64,000 nt of DNA from assembly GCA_963828465.1 (NCBI GenBank), contig CAWHEU010000022.1:1-64000 (forward strand). Reading direction: 5' to 3'. This DNA is from an uncultured Acidobacteriota bacterium (GTDB taxonomy: Bacteria > Actinomycetota > Acidimicrobiia > Spongiisociales > ZC4RG35). Positions within the stretch are counted from its first letter, which is position 1; the number at the start of each line of letters is the position of its first letter. The position numbers were made by a program, and so were the translations under genes. Below are positions 25,469 to 35,303 of the stretch, piece after piece. The notes under the pieces are model-generated. The model saw only the letters and a list, made by a program, of their open reading frames with translations, had not been told where the DNA came from and did no database searches.

Positions 25469-26974
25469 ATGACCGGCGCAATGTCGGCACCGAATCCGAC
25501 ATCGCGTCCCAGTGACGCTGTCTTCATCAGCTACACACACGTAGACAACAAGCCGTTCGGCCCCGAGAAGCAACGTTGGATATCGCTCCTCGACGAGCAT
25601 CTGAGCGTTCGACTCGAGCAACTTGCACCAGAGCATCACGTGTCGGTGTGGCGGGACGACAAGCTCCAAGGCAACGACGTGTTCTCCGAGTCGCTGAAGG
25701 AGCGACTGGGGGAGGTAGCAGTGTTGATTTCGGTGTGTTCGCCCAGGTACTTGGTCTCGGAGTGGTGTCAGAGAGAACTCAATGAGTTCGTGCAGGCCCA
25801 GGCGAAGCGGGGGCTCGAAGTAGGGACGAAGAGTCGGGTATTCAAGGTGATGAAGACACCGGTGCCTCTAGACGAACTCCCTCCTCCGCTCGCTCCGCTG
25901 TTGGGGTACGAGTTCTATGAGGTATTGCCGGAAGGCGACCACTTTCGAGAATTCCTTCTCAACCCGAATGAGGAGGCGCGATGGAAGTTCTACGCTCGAG
26001 CGGACGATCTCGCCCAGGACATCGCCGATCTGCTCGACGAGTTGGCCGATGAGGCCGTCCGCCCCGAACCGGTCACCTCCAGCACCGTGTATCTAGCTGC
26101 GACCACATCGGATGTCTCGGAGGGCCGGGACGACCTCAAGCGGGAACTGCAGCGACGCGGCTTCCGGGTATTTCCCGATCGCGACCTGCCTTTCGTGGCA
26201 GACGACCTGTCAGCGGCCATCACTGGCTGGTTGTCCGAGTCGGACTTCTCGATCCATCTCCTCGGTGCCCGGTACGGCGCCAGGCCAGAGGGTGACGATC
26301 GGTCGATTCCCGACCTGCAACTGGAGCTTGCCCGAGGGTTCGCCAACCGACAGGTTCTGACTCAGCTCATCTGCATCAACGACGGGCACGAGGTGGTTGA
26401 AGAAGAGCAGGTCGAACTCATCGAGAGAGTCGAGACGACGAACGTCGGCCGAGGAGTCGAAGTGGTGAAGGCTCCGTTCGATAGGTTCAAGGAACATGTC
26501 CTGGACACGATGTCTCGGAGCCCGCTGGCGACAAAAGTGGATACCGGAGCAGAGGGTAGGACCGTCTACCTCGCCTACGACCGGGTAGACAGCGAGGCAG
26601 CTGAAGCGCTGCAGACCTTGATCGAGGATCGGGGGTACAACGTTTTGTCGCCACTCATGGAGGGATCCGAGTCTGAAGTGCGTGAAGTCCACGAAACATC
26701 GATGGTGCTGAGTGACGCAGTGCTGATCTACTACGGCAAATGCACTGAGCACTGGGTGCGAATGCGGCTCTTCGATCTCATGAAAGTGCGCGGGTGGGGC
26801 AGAACTGAGCCTTACCTGGCTCAAGCCCTGTGGGTCGGTGCTCCCGACACGCCACACAAGGCGAAGGTGCACATCACACAGACTCTGCTCCTGAACGGCA
26901 TGGCCGATCCCGCGCTGACGGCACTCGAGCCATTCCTCGTACGTCTGGAAGGGCGCGACGCGAGCAACGGATGA
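25469..26974 (+). CDS. Multi-TIR protein: TIR_2 + DUF4062-like + degenerate TIR-like domain
   Basis: VFISYTH..VWRD..SPRYLVSEWCQRE; VYLA..RDDLKREL..SIHLLGARYG; VYLAYD..SDAVLIYYG..W. Confidence 0.85.
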   Translation: MTGAMSAPNPTSRPSDAVFISYTHVDNKPFGPEKQRWISLLDEHLSVRLEQLAPEHHVSVWRDDKLQGNDVFSESLKERLGEVAVLISVCSPRYLVSEWCQRELNEFVQAQAKRGLEVGTKSRVFKVMKTPVPLDELPPPLAPLLGYEFYEVLPEGDHFREFLLNPNEEARWKFYARADDLAQDIADLLDELADEAVRPEPVTSSTVYLAATTSDVSEGRDDLKRELQRRGFRVFPDRDLPFVADDLSAAITGWLSESDFSIHLLGARYGARPEGDDRSIPDLQLELARGFANRQVLTQLICINDGHEVVEEEQVELIERVETTNVGRGVEVVKAPFDRFKEHVLDTMSRSPLATKVDTGAEGRTVYLAYDRVDSEAAEALQTLIEDRGYNVLSPLMEGSESEVREVHETSMVLSDAVLIYYGKCTEHWVRMRLFDLMKVRGWGRTEPYLAQALWVGAPDTPHKAKVHITQTLLLNGMADPALTALEPFLVRLEGRDASNG

Positions 26975-29900
26975 CGGCTACGTCCCCACTATTCAATCCC
27001 TTCCCCGGTCTTCGGCCGTTTCGCGAGGACGAGACACCTCTCTTCTTCGGCCGAGATGCCCAGATCGACGAGCTCCTCGCCGAACTGGGTAGGTCCCGAT
27101 TCGTAGCAGTCATGGGAGCCTCCGGAAGCGGTAAGTCGTCCCTGGTCACCGCAGGGCTTCTGCCCGCGCTCCAGGGTGGACTCTCACCGCGATTGGGGGC
27201 CAATTGGCGCATCGCCAGCTTGCGCCCCGGGGGCGACCCGGTGCGCAACCTGGCCAGGGCCCTCGTCGAACCCGGCGTCCTCGATCGAGACGGCTCCGAT
27301 GAGACCAGAGGCGTCGATCAAACGGAGGCGTTGCTCAGACGAAGCGGTCTTGGTCTCGCCGATCTGGCAAGACGTGACGAGAGCCTGAGAGACGGCCGCC
27401 TACTGGTCGTTGTCGACCAGTTCGAGGAGTTGTTCCGATTTCAGGACGCTGGGGGCAGGGCACACGACGGCGCGGACAATCCGGCATTCGTCCGGCTCCT
27501 GATCGAGGCTGTCGCCGACGAATCCAACGTGAGTGTGATCTTGACCATGCGATCCGACTACTTGGGGGATTGTTCCCAGTTCGACCAGCTGCCCGAGACG
27601 ATCAACCAAGGGCTCTATCTCGTTCCCCGGCTTACACGCACGCAGCTCCGCGGGGCGATCACCGGTCCAGTCGCCGTCGGGGGCGGAACGATTGCCCCTC
27701 GACTTGTGCAACGGCTCCTGAACGACGCCGGCGCGGATCCCGACCAGCTGCCCGTGTTGCAGCACGCCCTGATGAGGATCTGGGACCTGTGGACTGGGGA
27801 CGTGACTGCTCCTGGGCCAATCGACCTCGAGCATTACGAGGCTGCCGGCGGACTCGAGGAGGCGCTCGCCCGGCATGCCGACGAGGCATATGACGATCTG
27901 ACCGACGATCGGAGCCGGCGGATCGCGGAGCTTGCCTTCAAGCGCCTCACTGAGCTCGGAAACGATGGTCGCGAGGGCCGTCACCCGGCCACGTTGGCCG
28001 AGATCGCCTCTGTTGCAGATGCCACGGTCGAAGAAACGCGCGAGGTGATCCGTCACTTCGAGCAGCCGGGAAGATCCTTCGTCATGGTGTCTGATGACGG
28101 AGTCGTCGACATCTCCCACGAAAGCCTCATTCGCCAATGGCCGAGACTCCGTGACTGGGTTGGCGAGGAGGCGGCCTCCCGAGACACGTATCACCGGCTG
28201 GCCGAGTCCGCCGGCCGATGGCGTCGAGGTGAGGCTGCTCTCATGCGAGATCCGGATCTGCAGCTAGCTGTGAACTGGTGGACGGACAACCAGCCGAGCG
28301 GTGCCTGGGCCGAGCGGTACGGCTCGACATTCCAGGACGCAGCCGACTACCTGGATCGGAGCCGCAAAGCCGAGAGAAGCCGGCGGCTTCTGACGTGGTC
28401 CGGTGTCGCAGGGCTGGGCGTCCTGGCAGTCCTGTTCGCGGTGTTGGCTGTATGGGCGATAACGGCAGAACAGGACGCGAAGTATCAGGAACGTCTTGCT
28501 GTCGGAAGGCAACTCTCCGCGGTCTCGACCGAGCACGGACCGGAGCGTCGGACAACCAGCATCCTCACCGCATTGGAGGCTCTTCGGACTACCGAGACCG
28601 ACGGACTGCGTCTCCCGGAGGCCGAGGAGGCACTGCGTGCTGCGATGCACGACCCGCTCGGCATCCGACTCCCCGGCCAGCCGGGTCAGCTCGGCCATGA
28701 CGAGGATGTGACGACACTGGGTTTCAGTCCCGACGGGAGATGGTTGGCGACGGGTAGCGCTGACGACACGGTGTTGCTATGGGATCTGGAGGACACGGAA
28801 GGGGACCCGCGTCCGTTGCCCGGTCATGCCGACGACGTGGTGGCGTTGGCGTTCAGCCCCGACGCCCGTTGGTTGGCCACCGGCAGTCTCGACGGCACCG
28901 CCATGTTGTGGGACCTGGAAGATGCGGAAGCCAAGCCCCGGATCCTGGACGGCCATACAGATGAGGTGACATCACTTGCCTTCAGCCCCGATGGCAGCTG
29001 GCTTGCCACCGGGAGCGTCGACGAAACCATCCAGCTCCGTGAATTGGACAACCCGGATCTCGTGGCCCGTGTCCTCCAGAGCGAGGCGGGATTCATCCTC
29101 TGCCTGGCCTTCAGCCCTGACGAGAGGTGGCTGGCGGCCGGCACTGGCACCGGCGTCGGGTATCTGTGGGACATGGGGAATCCCGGCGGCGACCCCGAGA
29201 CGCTCAGCGGTCACAACGATGCTGTGGTCGCTGTCGCTTTCAGCCGTGACGGTGCTTCGCTGGCCACCGGGAGCAGGGATGCGACGATCCGGCTATGGGA
29301 CCCCGACGTTCCGACCAATCCGTTTGCCAGGCTGGAACAAGGCGACGCGGTGCTCGGCCTGGTGCTCAGCTCCGACGGGAGATGGCTAGCCACCGGCGGT
29401 GAGGACAACGCCGCCCGTGTTTGGGACCTCCAGCGGTTGAGAGGATCCCCTGACCCGTCACTAGTCCTCGTGCACTCCGGCCCCGTGGAACGGGTCTCCT
29501 TCAGTGCTGACAACCGCTGGCTGGCCACCGGTGGTCCTGGTGACCCGGCTCGGCTCTTCCAGGTCAACGACGCGTCTCTGCCGCCCGTGGTGCTCGCCGG
29601 CCCGGTCACGGCCCTCGGGTTCAGCACCGACGACCGATGGCTGGCGATCGGATCGGATCAGGGCTCGGCTCGCCTTTGGGGGACGGACCAACTCCCAACA
29701 CAACCGGCAGTGCTCGATCACGACGACAAGGTCTCAGCGATCGAATTTGGCCCGGACGGTCGTGTGGCCACGGGGACCACAGCCAATGTCACGCGTCTGT
29801 GGAGTCTCGACGACCCTTCGGCTGAGCCCGAAGTGCTAGCGCAAACGGATTTCGGGTTCGATATGGCACAGGTGGAAGCGATCGCGTTCAGACCCGACGG

Positions 29901-30717
29901 ACGTATGTTGGCCACCGGCAGCGGTGACATGCGGGTCCGGTTGTGGACGCTGGATCCTTCAGGGTCCCAACTCGTATCCGAGGAGCCTCTCGAGGCTGGA
30001 ATCAATGATCTGGCCTTTAGTGCGGACGGGGACCGGCTTGCTATCGCGGTGAAGGAAGAGGATGTCTTGCTGTGGGATGTGGCGGAGCGGTCGTTCGAGC
30101 GTCTCGAGGGTCACAGTGCTGAGGTGCGGAGCGTGGCCTTCAGCCCGAACGGACGTTTGCTGGCCACTGGAGACCTGGACGGGGAGATCCGGGTCTGGAA
30201 TCTCGAAGATCTGGAGGTTCCTCCGGAGTCTCTGCGCGCCCATGCCGAGCGGGTGACATCGTTGGCCTTCGACGGAGAGGGACGTCAGCTCGCGTCCGGG
30301 AGCTGGGATCAGACCGTCCAGATCTGGGAGGTCGACACGCGGAGCTACATCACGTTGAACACAGATGGTCGGGTCGACAATGTAGCCCTTCGACCCGATG
30401 GGAAGTTGATTGCAGTGGCAGCCGATCAACCTCATTTATGGGATCTGACCGCCCCCGACCAGAACGACCCGATCGCCAATCCTGTCATTCTGCGGGACCA
30501 CACCAGCGTCGTGAACGCGGTTGCATTCAGCGCGGACGGGAGATGGCTCGGTACCGGGAGTGACGATCACTCCGTTCGTCTCTGGCTCCAACTGGAGGAA
30601 TTGGCAGAGCTCGGCTGTGCCAGCGCGGGACGGAACCTGAGTCACGACGAGGTGCAGGAAATCAATCCCGGCGCCAAGAGCGTTAGCACGTGCGAAGAAT
30701 GGCCCGAGGGGTCTTAG
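26971..30717 (+). CDS. nSTAND1-type NTPase + TM helix + about 15 WD40 repeats (NLR-like)
   Basis: NPFPGLRPF..FFGRD, Walker A GASGSGKSS, Walker B VVDQFEE, MRSD, LPVLQHAL, ISHESL; TM LTWSGVAGLGVLAVLFAVLAVWAI; ATGA overlap with the TIR gene. Confidence 0.93.
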   Translation: MTATSPLFNPFPGLRPFREDETPLFFGRDAQIDELLAELGRSRFVAVMGASGSGKSSLVTAGLLPALQGGLSPRLGANWRIASLRPGGDPVRNLARALVEPGVLDRDGSDETRGVDQTEALLRRSGLGLADLARRDESLRDGRLLVVVDQFEELFRFQDAGGRAHDGADNPAFVRLLIEAVADESNVSVILTMRSDYLGDCSQFDQLPETINQGLYLVPRLTRTQLRGAITGPVAVGGGTIAPRLVQRLLNDAGADPDQLPVLQHALMRIWDLWTGDVTAPGPIDLEHYEAAGGLEEALARHADEAYDDLTDDRSRRIAELAFKRLTELGNDGREGRHPATLAEIASVADATVEETREVIRHFEQPGRSFVMVSDDGVVDISHESLIRQWPRLRDWVGEEAASRDTYHRLAESAGRWRRGEAALMRDPDLQLAVNWWTDNQPSGAWAERYGSTFQDAADYLDRSRKAERSRRLLTWSGVAGLGVLAVLFAVLAVWAITAEQDAKYQERLAVGRQLSAVSTEHGPERRTTSILTALEALRTTETDGLRLPEAEEALRAAMHDPLGIRLPGQPGQLGHDEDVTTLGFSPDGRWLATGSADDTVLLWDLEDTEGDPRPLPGHADDVVALAFSPDARWLATGSLDGTAMLWDLEDAEAKPRILDGHTDEVTSLAFSPDGSWLATGSVDETIQLRELDNPDLVARVLQSEAGFILCLAFSPDERWLAAGTGTGVGYLWDMGNPGGDPETLSGHNDAVVAVAFSRDGASLATGSRDATIRLWDPDVPTNPFARLEQGDAVLGLVLSSDGRWLATGGEDNAARVWDLQRLRGSPDPSLVLVHSGPVERVSFSADNRWLATGGPGDPARLFQVNDASLPPVVLAGPVTALGFSTDDRWLAIGSDQGSARLWGTDQLPTQPAVLDHDDKVSAIEFGPDGRVATGTTANVTRLWSLDDPSAEPEVLAQTDFGFDMAQVEAIAFRPDGRMLATGSGDMRVRLWTLDPSGSQLVSEEPLEAGINDLAFSADGDRLAIAVKEEDVLLWDVAERSFERLEGHSAEVRSVAFSPNGRLLATGDLDGEIRVWNLEDLEVPPESLRAHAERVTSLAFDGEGRQLASGSWDQTVQIWEVDTRSYITLNTDGRVDNVALRPDGKLIAVAADQPHLWDLTAPDQNDPIANPVILRDHTSVVNAVAFSADGRWLGTGSDDHSVRLWLQLEELAELGCASAGRNLSHDEVQEINPGAKSVSTCEEWPEGS
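28696..30590 (+). repeat. WD40 repeat array (about 15 repeats, likely two beta-propellers)
   Basis: Recurrent GH..V..LAFSPDG.WLATGS.D.T..LWD, counted by eye. Confidence 0.9.
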
Positions 30718-30727
30718 GCGCGGTCGC

Positions 30728-31789
30728 TCAGGACGGCGGGGGGGAGATCAGGGTCACTACTGCCAAGAACTCGCCGTCGTTGTTGGTGACGCCGATGTCG
30801 TTGATCCCGAGGTAGAGACGACCGTCGGATTCGACGGTCGTCTGGAACTCACTGCCCACTTCGAACGGGACCCCATTCTCTCCGATTTTTCCGATGAGCC
30901 CGGCATGATTGGCATCCTCGACCCCGGGCAGATTGGATTCGTGTCCCGGAAGGTTGGGGTCACCATCAGGAGTGAGCAGCGGGCCGTTCTCGGAGTGCTT
31001 TATCCGGCCGCCGGCTTCGATGTCGAGTGTGACTCCCGTGACGACATCGATACCGGAGTCCGTCCACAACACCGTGCCGGGCACCCGGACAGTCTGAGTT
31101 TTCGATGGCTCGGCATCGCATGCCTGAAATCCACCGACAAACTCTCCAAGCGGCGGAGCATCCGGGTCCAGCCGCGCCTCCTCGAACCACGCATTGAATT
31201 CTTGGGTGGGAACGCATATCGCGGGCCCCGGGGCCTGGCCTTTGGTCAGAAACGCGGCCTCGGTATAGGTTCCCTCCCTTGCCTCGTAGGTCTGGGAAAG
31301 ACCCTCGGAGGTGAGCTCGATCGACCCCTTCTTGACCACGACACACGTGTTCTCAGTCGGCGGCTGACAAGCCGTGAACACCGTGGCGGGCTCCAATGCC
31401 GTGATGGTCGAGCTCGACGTTTCCAGTGTCAGACGGGTGTCGCTCACTTCGTCGTCGGTGAAGGTGACATGACCGCCGCCGAGGTACGCCCTCGCTTCCG
31501 CCGGTTCCCAGCTCTCGAGTTGGATGGCCGCCTGCCTGGACAACTCGAATCTGCCCAGGTCTCGGATCGTGAGGAGCCCACTGGCGCCGGGCCCCAACGT
31601 GATCTGGTTTCCCAGATCGATCGATTCACCGTCCCCGGTGCCGATCTCGGTTTCGCTCACCGAAATAGGGCCCTTATAGACAACCAGATCTGCCTGCATG
31701 GGCGGTGTGACTTCATCTCCTCCGCAGGCAGCTAAGGCGAGGGTGATGAGCGTGATAGCCAGTCCCCCCCGAGACTTCCGTCGCAACAT
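30728..31789 (-). CDS. Lipoprotein with FecR-like beta domain and C-terminal LecA/PA-IL-like lectin domain
   Basis: Lipobox LAAC; C-terminal WTDSGIDV..GLIGKIG..PFEVG..GRLYLGIND..NNDGEF. The FecR-like call is weaker. Confidence 0.7.
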   Translation of the reverse strand: MLRRKSRGGLAITLITLALAACGGDEVTPPMQADLVVYKGPISVSETEIGTGDGESIDLGNQITLGPGASGLLTIRDLGRFELSRQAAIQLESWEPAEARAYLGGGHVTFTDDEVSDTRLTLETSSSTITALEPATVFTACQPPTENTCVVVKKGSIELTSEGLSQTYEAREGTYTEAAFLTKGQAPGPAICVPTQEFNAWFEEARLDPDAPPLGEFVGGFQACDAEPSKTQTVRVPGTVLWTDSGIDVVTGVTLDIEAGGRIKHSENGPLLTPDGDPNLPGHESNLPGVEDANHAGLIGKIGENGVPFEVGSEFQTTVESDGRLYLGINDIGVTNNDGEFLAVVTLISPPPS

Positions 31790-31971
31790 GCTCCCTCCAG
31801 TCCGGTCAACTCTATCCGAGGTCTGGTGGCCCAACAGGGCGAGAACCGCATATGGGCCACCATCCCGAAAGGAGCGGGTTGGAGCGGCGCTGATACGAGG
31901 ATCGGGCCGCCCACGACGGCCGTCTCCGGTTAGCCCAGCCGCGTAGGCTCGGCCGTCGAAAGGGGGACTCG

Positions 31972-32920
31972 ATGGCCCATGTGACTTTCGTTCACGGAAT
32001 CATGAATCAGCCTTCGCCCGCACGTCTGCTCAGGGAGTGGAAGCGGGACTTGGCCGACGGTGGGGACGGAGTGGATCTCGATGTGTACGGCGTGACGTCA
32101 TCGATGGTGTACTGGGCGGACGTCATGTATGCCGCCGCCACCGACGCCGGGGGCAGCCTCTCACGAGTCGATCGAGTACGAGGGCATCGAGTCGGGCGCC
32201 CTCACCGAGGTCGACGAGTCGTACATCGCCGAAGCGAGCGGGGACGAGAAGGACTTCATCGAGTCGATGATCGCCAACTACGACCTCGACCATCCCGACG
32301 TGCCGGCAGCCGAGGCCGCTCCGGACGCGGGGGCAGAGGCCAGGGTGGCGGCGGCGTCGGCGTTGGAGGCAATACCTCTGCCGTGGTTCGTCAAGCGGCC
32401 GCTGATGCGGCTGCTGTTGCGTGACGTCCACCACTATCTCTTCAACACCAGTCATTCGCCTCGAACCGGGTCCAGCTACAAGGTCCGCGATGAGGTGAGG
32501 AAGCGGTTCGGCGCCGACCTCGGGGCCGTCGACGGTGGGCCCCATGTCGTAGTTGCGCACAGCCTCGGCTCGGTGATCGCGTATGACTGTCTCAAACGGG
32601 TTGCCGGCACCAAGAAAGTGGACCTGCTGATCACGATCGGCACGCCGCTCGGCATGTCCGAGGTCCAGCACAACTTGAAGCCAGAGTGGTCGAAGGACGA
32701 CGGCTACCCCGGAGAACTGCCGCGCTGGGTGAACGTGGTCGATCGTCTCGACCCGGTTTGTGTGGCCGACCCGATCATCGCCAACGACTACATGCGGAAG
32801 AAGGCAGGCGTGGTGGTCGACGAGGTCGTGTCCAACGGCGGGGTGATGCGCCATCCGTCCGGCAAGTACTTCCGACAGGCGGTCGTTCAGGATGCGGTGC
32901 GCAATGGATTGGGTGTCTGA
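31972..32920 (+). CDS. Alpha/beta-hydrolase (lipase-like) with acidic insertion; frameshift at the G5 run near 32150
   Basis: FVHGI oxyanion motif, YWAD, nucleophile AHSLG, TIGTPLG, WVNV.D..DPV, terminal His (RHPSGKY). Confidence 0.85.
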
Positions 32921-32929
32921 GGGAGCCGG

Positions 32930-34495
32930 ATGTCGTTCTTCGACTCGCCACTTGGTGAGCAGCTCCGCTCCAGCCTCGATGCGGGGAAACCAGAGGACAT
33001 CGCCGCCGCGGTAGGGGTGGTCAAGGGGAAGGTGTGGTCGGGGACAGTGCAGCCCGATCAGGTCGACGAGGTCCTCGCAGAACTGCAGCGACAACGACAG
33101 GTTCAGCACGTCATCGACATCGCCGATGCGGCCACCGCGGTCGGCTCGATCACGACGTCGGGCCGTCGCCGCTACTGCCAGATGCTGATCGAGTCGGGAG
33201 CCCTCCATGCCGGCGAGCTCGCCTGCGCAGAGCTTCTCGATCTGGCCGAGGATGCGAAGGAGCGGGGGGAGGCACTGGGGCTGCTCGGGCGGATCCGCAA
33301 GCAGCGTTACGTGACCAGCCGCCGGCCCGAGGATTTGATCGGCGCAATTGCCGCCTATCAGTTCGCATACGCGGGAGGCGGCGACCCGCTCTGGCATGGC
33401 ATCAATCTCCTCGCACTCACCACCCGGGCCCATCGTGACGGAATCCTCGTTCCCCAACCGGTCGACACGGACGCTCTGACACGCACGCTCCTCGACGTAG
33501 TCAGGCAGACGGCACCCGAGTTGCAAGAGATCTGGGAGCGCACCACCGAGGTCGAGGCCCTGGTCGCCCTGGGCGACAAGGCGTCGGTGGACGAAGCGGT
33601 GTCGGTGGCACAGAAACTCGCCAGCAGCAAGAGTGTCCGGCCGTTTGAGCTGGAGAGCCTTCGCCGTCAGCTGGCCGACATCTGGGAACTCGAGCCGCAT
33701 CACCCGGTGCTGGTGGCCATCGCAGCGCAGAAGCTCCAACTCGGGGCCAGGGCCCATGTCGAGCTGCCCGATTCCGCGGGCCAGTTGGAGAAGATCTTCG
33801 GGACGGCCCTGCCTGTGGGGTACAAGCACCTGATGAGGGGTCTCGAGTGCGCAGAATCGGTGGGAAAGATCACCGACGCATCCGAAGAGCCGTGGGGCAC
33901 GGGATTCCTCCTACGCGGGAATCTGATCCATCCCGACTTCGGCGATGGACTGGTGCTGGCTACCAACGCCCACGTCTGTAGTCCAGAGCCCGGAGTGGGC
34001 AAGCTGCTGCCGAGCGAGGCGAAGGCTGTCTTCGACGTGACCAAGTCGGTCGATGGGGAGCAACTCGTCCTCACCGGCTTCGAGTGCCTGTGGAGCTCAC
34101 CACCCTCGGTATGCGATGTCACCATCCTTCGCTTCACCGGACCCGAGCCGGCGCTCAAAGGCCAGCTCGACGTCGCCGCGTTGCCCCAGCCAGTGACGGA
34201 GGGCGCATATGTCTATGTCATCGGCCATCCGGCGGGGGGTGGGATCAAGTTTTCGATCAGGGGCAACGACCTTCTCGCCTATGACGCCGACATGTTCAAA
34301 GTCCACTACACCGCCCCCACCGAAGGGGGCAGCTCCGGGAGCCCGGTCTTCAACCAGGCATGGCAGCTGATGGCTGTTCATCACGCTGGAGATTCGAAGA
34401 TGCACCGACTGGACGACCCTTCCGCTACGTATCAGGCCAACGAGGGGATCACGATCAAGGGGATCAGAGAGGAGTACTCCAAGAATGGAAAATGA
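32930..34495 (+). CDS. TPR-sensor (MAP3K TRAF-binding/DUF4071-like) domain + trypsin-like serine protease
   Basis: GLLGRIRKQRY..AIAAY..AY..WHGINLLAL; catalytic TNAHV, DVTIL, TEGGSSGSPV; VIGHP.G; AVHHAG; ANEG. Confidence 0.88.
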   Translation: MSFFDSPLGEQLRSSLDAGKPEDIAAAVGVVKGKVWSGTVQPDQVDEVLAELQRQRQVQHVIDIADAATAVGSITTSGRRRYCQMLIESGALHAGELACAELLDLAEDAKERGEALGLLGRIRKQRYVTSRRPEDLIGAIAAYQFAYAGGGDPLWHGINLLALTTRAHRDGILVPQPVDTDALTRTLLDVVRQTAPELQEIWERTTEVEALVALGDKASVDEAVSVAQKLASSKSVRPFELESLRRQLADIWELEPHHPVLVAIAAQKLQLGARAHVELPDSAGQLEKIFGTALPVGYKHLMRGLECAESVGKITDASEEPWGTGFLLRGNLIHPDFGDGLVLATNAHVCSPEPGVGKLLPSEAKAVFDVTKSVDGEQLVLTGFECLWSSPPSVCDVTILRFTGPEPALKGQLDVAALPQPVTEGAYVYVIGHPAGGGIKFSIRGNDLLAYDADMFKVHYTAPTEGGSSGSPVFNQAWQLMAVHHAGDSKMHRLDDPSATYQANEGITIKGIREEYSKNGK

Positions 34496-35297
34496 CGCAA
34501 TCCCTCCGGAGTTCCTGGAGCCCGAGGGCGACGCCGAGCGCCAGGATCCCGACCTCGTCTTCGAGACGACGTCAGCGACACTACGGGGGCTGTGGAATGA
34601 CTGGATGTGCAAACGAGGTGACGGGACTTTCGTCGACGTCGAATTCTTCGGCCGCCGGATCGGCGGAGTGCCGACCCCGGCGGTCGACGCCTATCGGGCG
34701 CTCGAGGTAGCCCTGCGCTCCGCCGGTTACAAGCCAGATTCGCGGTGGGCGTACAACTGCAGGCTCATCGAGGGGACGGACAAGCCCTCGCTGCACTCGG
34801 CCGGGATCGCAGTTGACATCGACCCGGACGAGAACCCGTTCTCGAAGGGTGACCCCTTCGCCGGGAAGATGGGTCCCGACCATGTCGCCGCGGCGCTGGC
34901 CATTCGCAACAGCGCCGGCGCCCGGGTGTGGTCCTGGGGCGGGCATTGGAACAAGCCCGATCGGATGCACTTCCAGCTCGACAGGGGGCCTGCGGCGGTG
35001 GATGTGGATTGGCGAACCGTCCCCGGTGGTGGCCCCGAAAGCGCCAGTTCGGGGTCAATGGACGTGAAGGAGGAAGAGATGGTTCTGTCCAAGAGCATGA
35101 AAGGCCCAGCAGTGGAGCGGTTCCAGCAGTGCCTGCTCGATTGGAATGCCAAGGCGCTGCCGAAGGACGGAGCCGATGGTGTTTTTGGGAGCGAGACCGT
35201 CGAATGGGTGGGGCGGTTCCAGGAGGCCCTTGGTCTGGAGAAGACCGGAGTGATCGACGGGGTGACCGCGGCCTTGCTGGTCGCCCACGGGAAGTAA
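34485..35297 (+). CDS. M15 family zinc peptidase + peptidoglycan-binding domain (endolysin-like), no signal peptide
   Basis: YNCR.I, SLHSAGIAVDI, WGGHW..PDRMHFQ; PG_binding_1-like GPAVERFQ..DGVFG.ET..FQ..GL..TGVID; overlaps the protease stop by 11 nt. Confidence 0.88.
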   Translation: MENDAIPPEFLEPEGDAERQDPDLVFETTSATLRGLWNDWMCKRGDGTFVDVEFFGRRIGGVPTPAVDAYRALEVALRSAGYKPDSRWAYNCRLIEGTDKPSLHSAGIAVDIDPDENPFSKGDPFAGKMGPDHVAAALAIRNSAGARVWSWGGHWNKPDRMHFQLDRGPAAVDVDWRTVPGGGPESASSGSMDVKEEEMVLSKSMKGPAVERFQQCLLDWNAKALPKDGADGVFGSETVEWVGRFQEALGLEKTGVIDGVTAALLVAHGK

Positions 35298-35303
35298 CAA
35301 GCC

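Noticed and set aside
28696-30590. WD40 DNA repeats as a CRISPR array, DGR or hypervariable tandem repeat
   Set aside because: The repeats are diverged, in-frame protein repeats; there are no identical direct repeats with spacers and no reverse transcriptase or cas genes.
34485-35297. Prophage remnant
   Set aside because: No integrase, structural, holin or replication genes are in the window.
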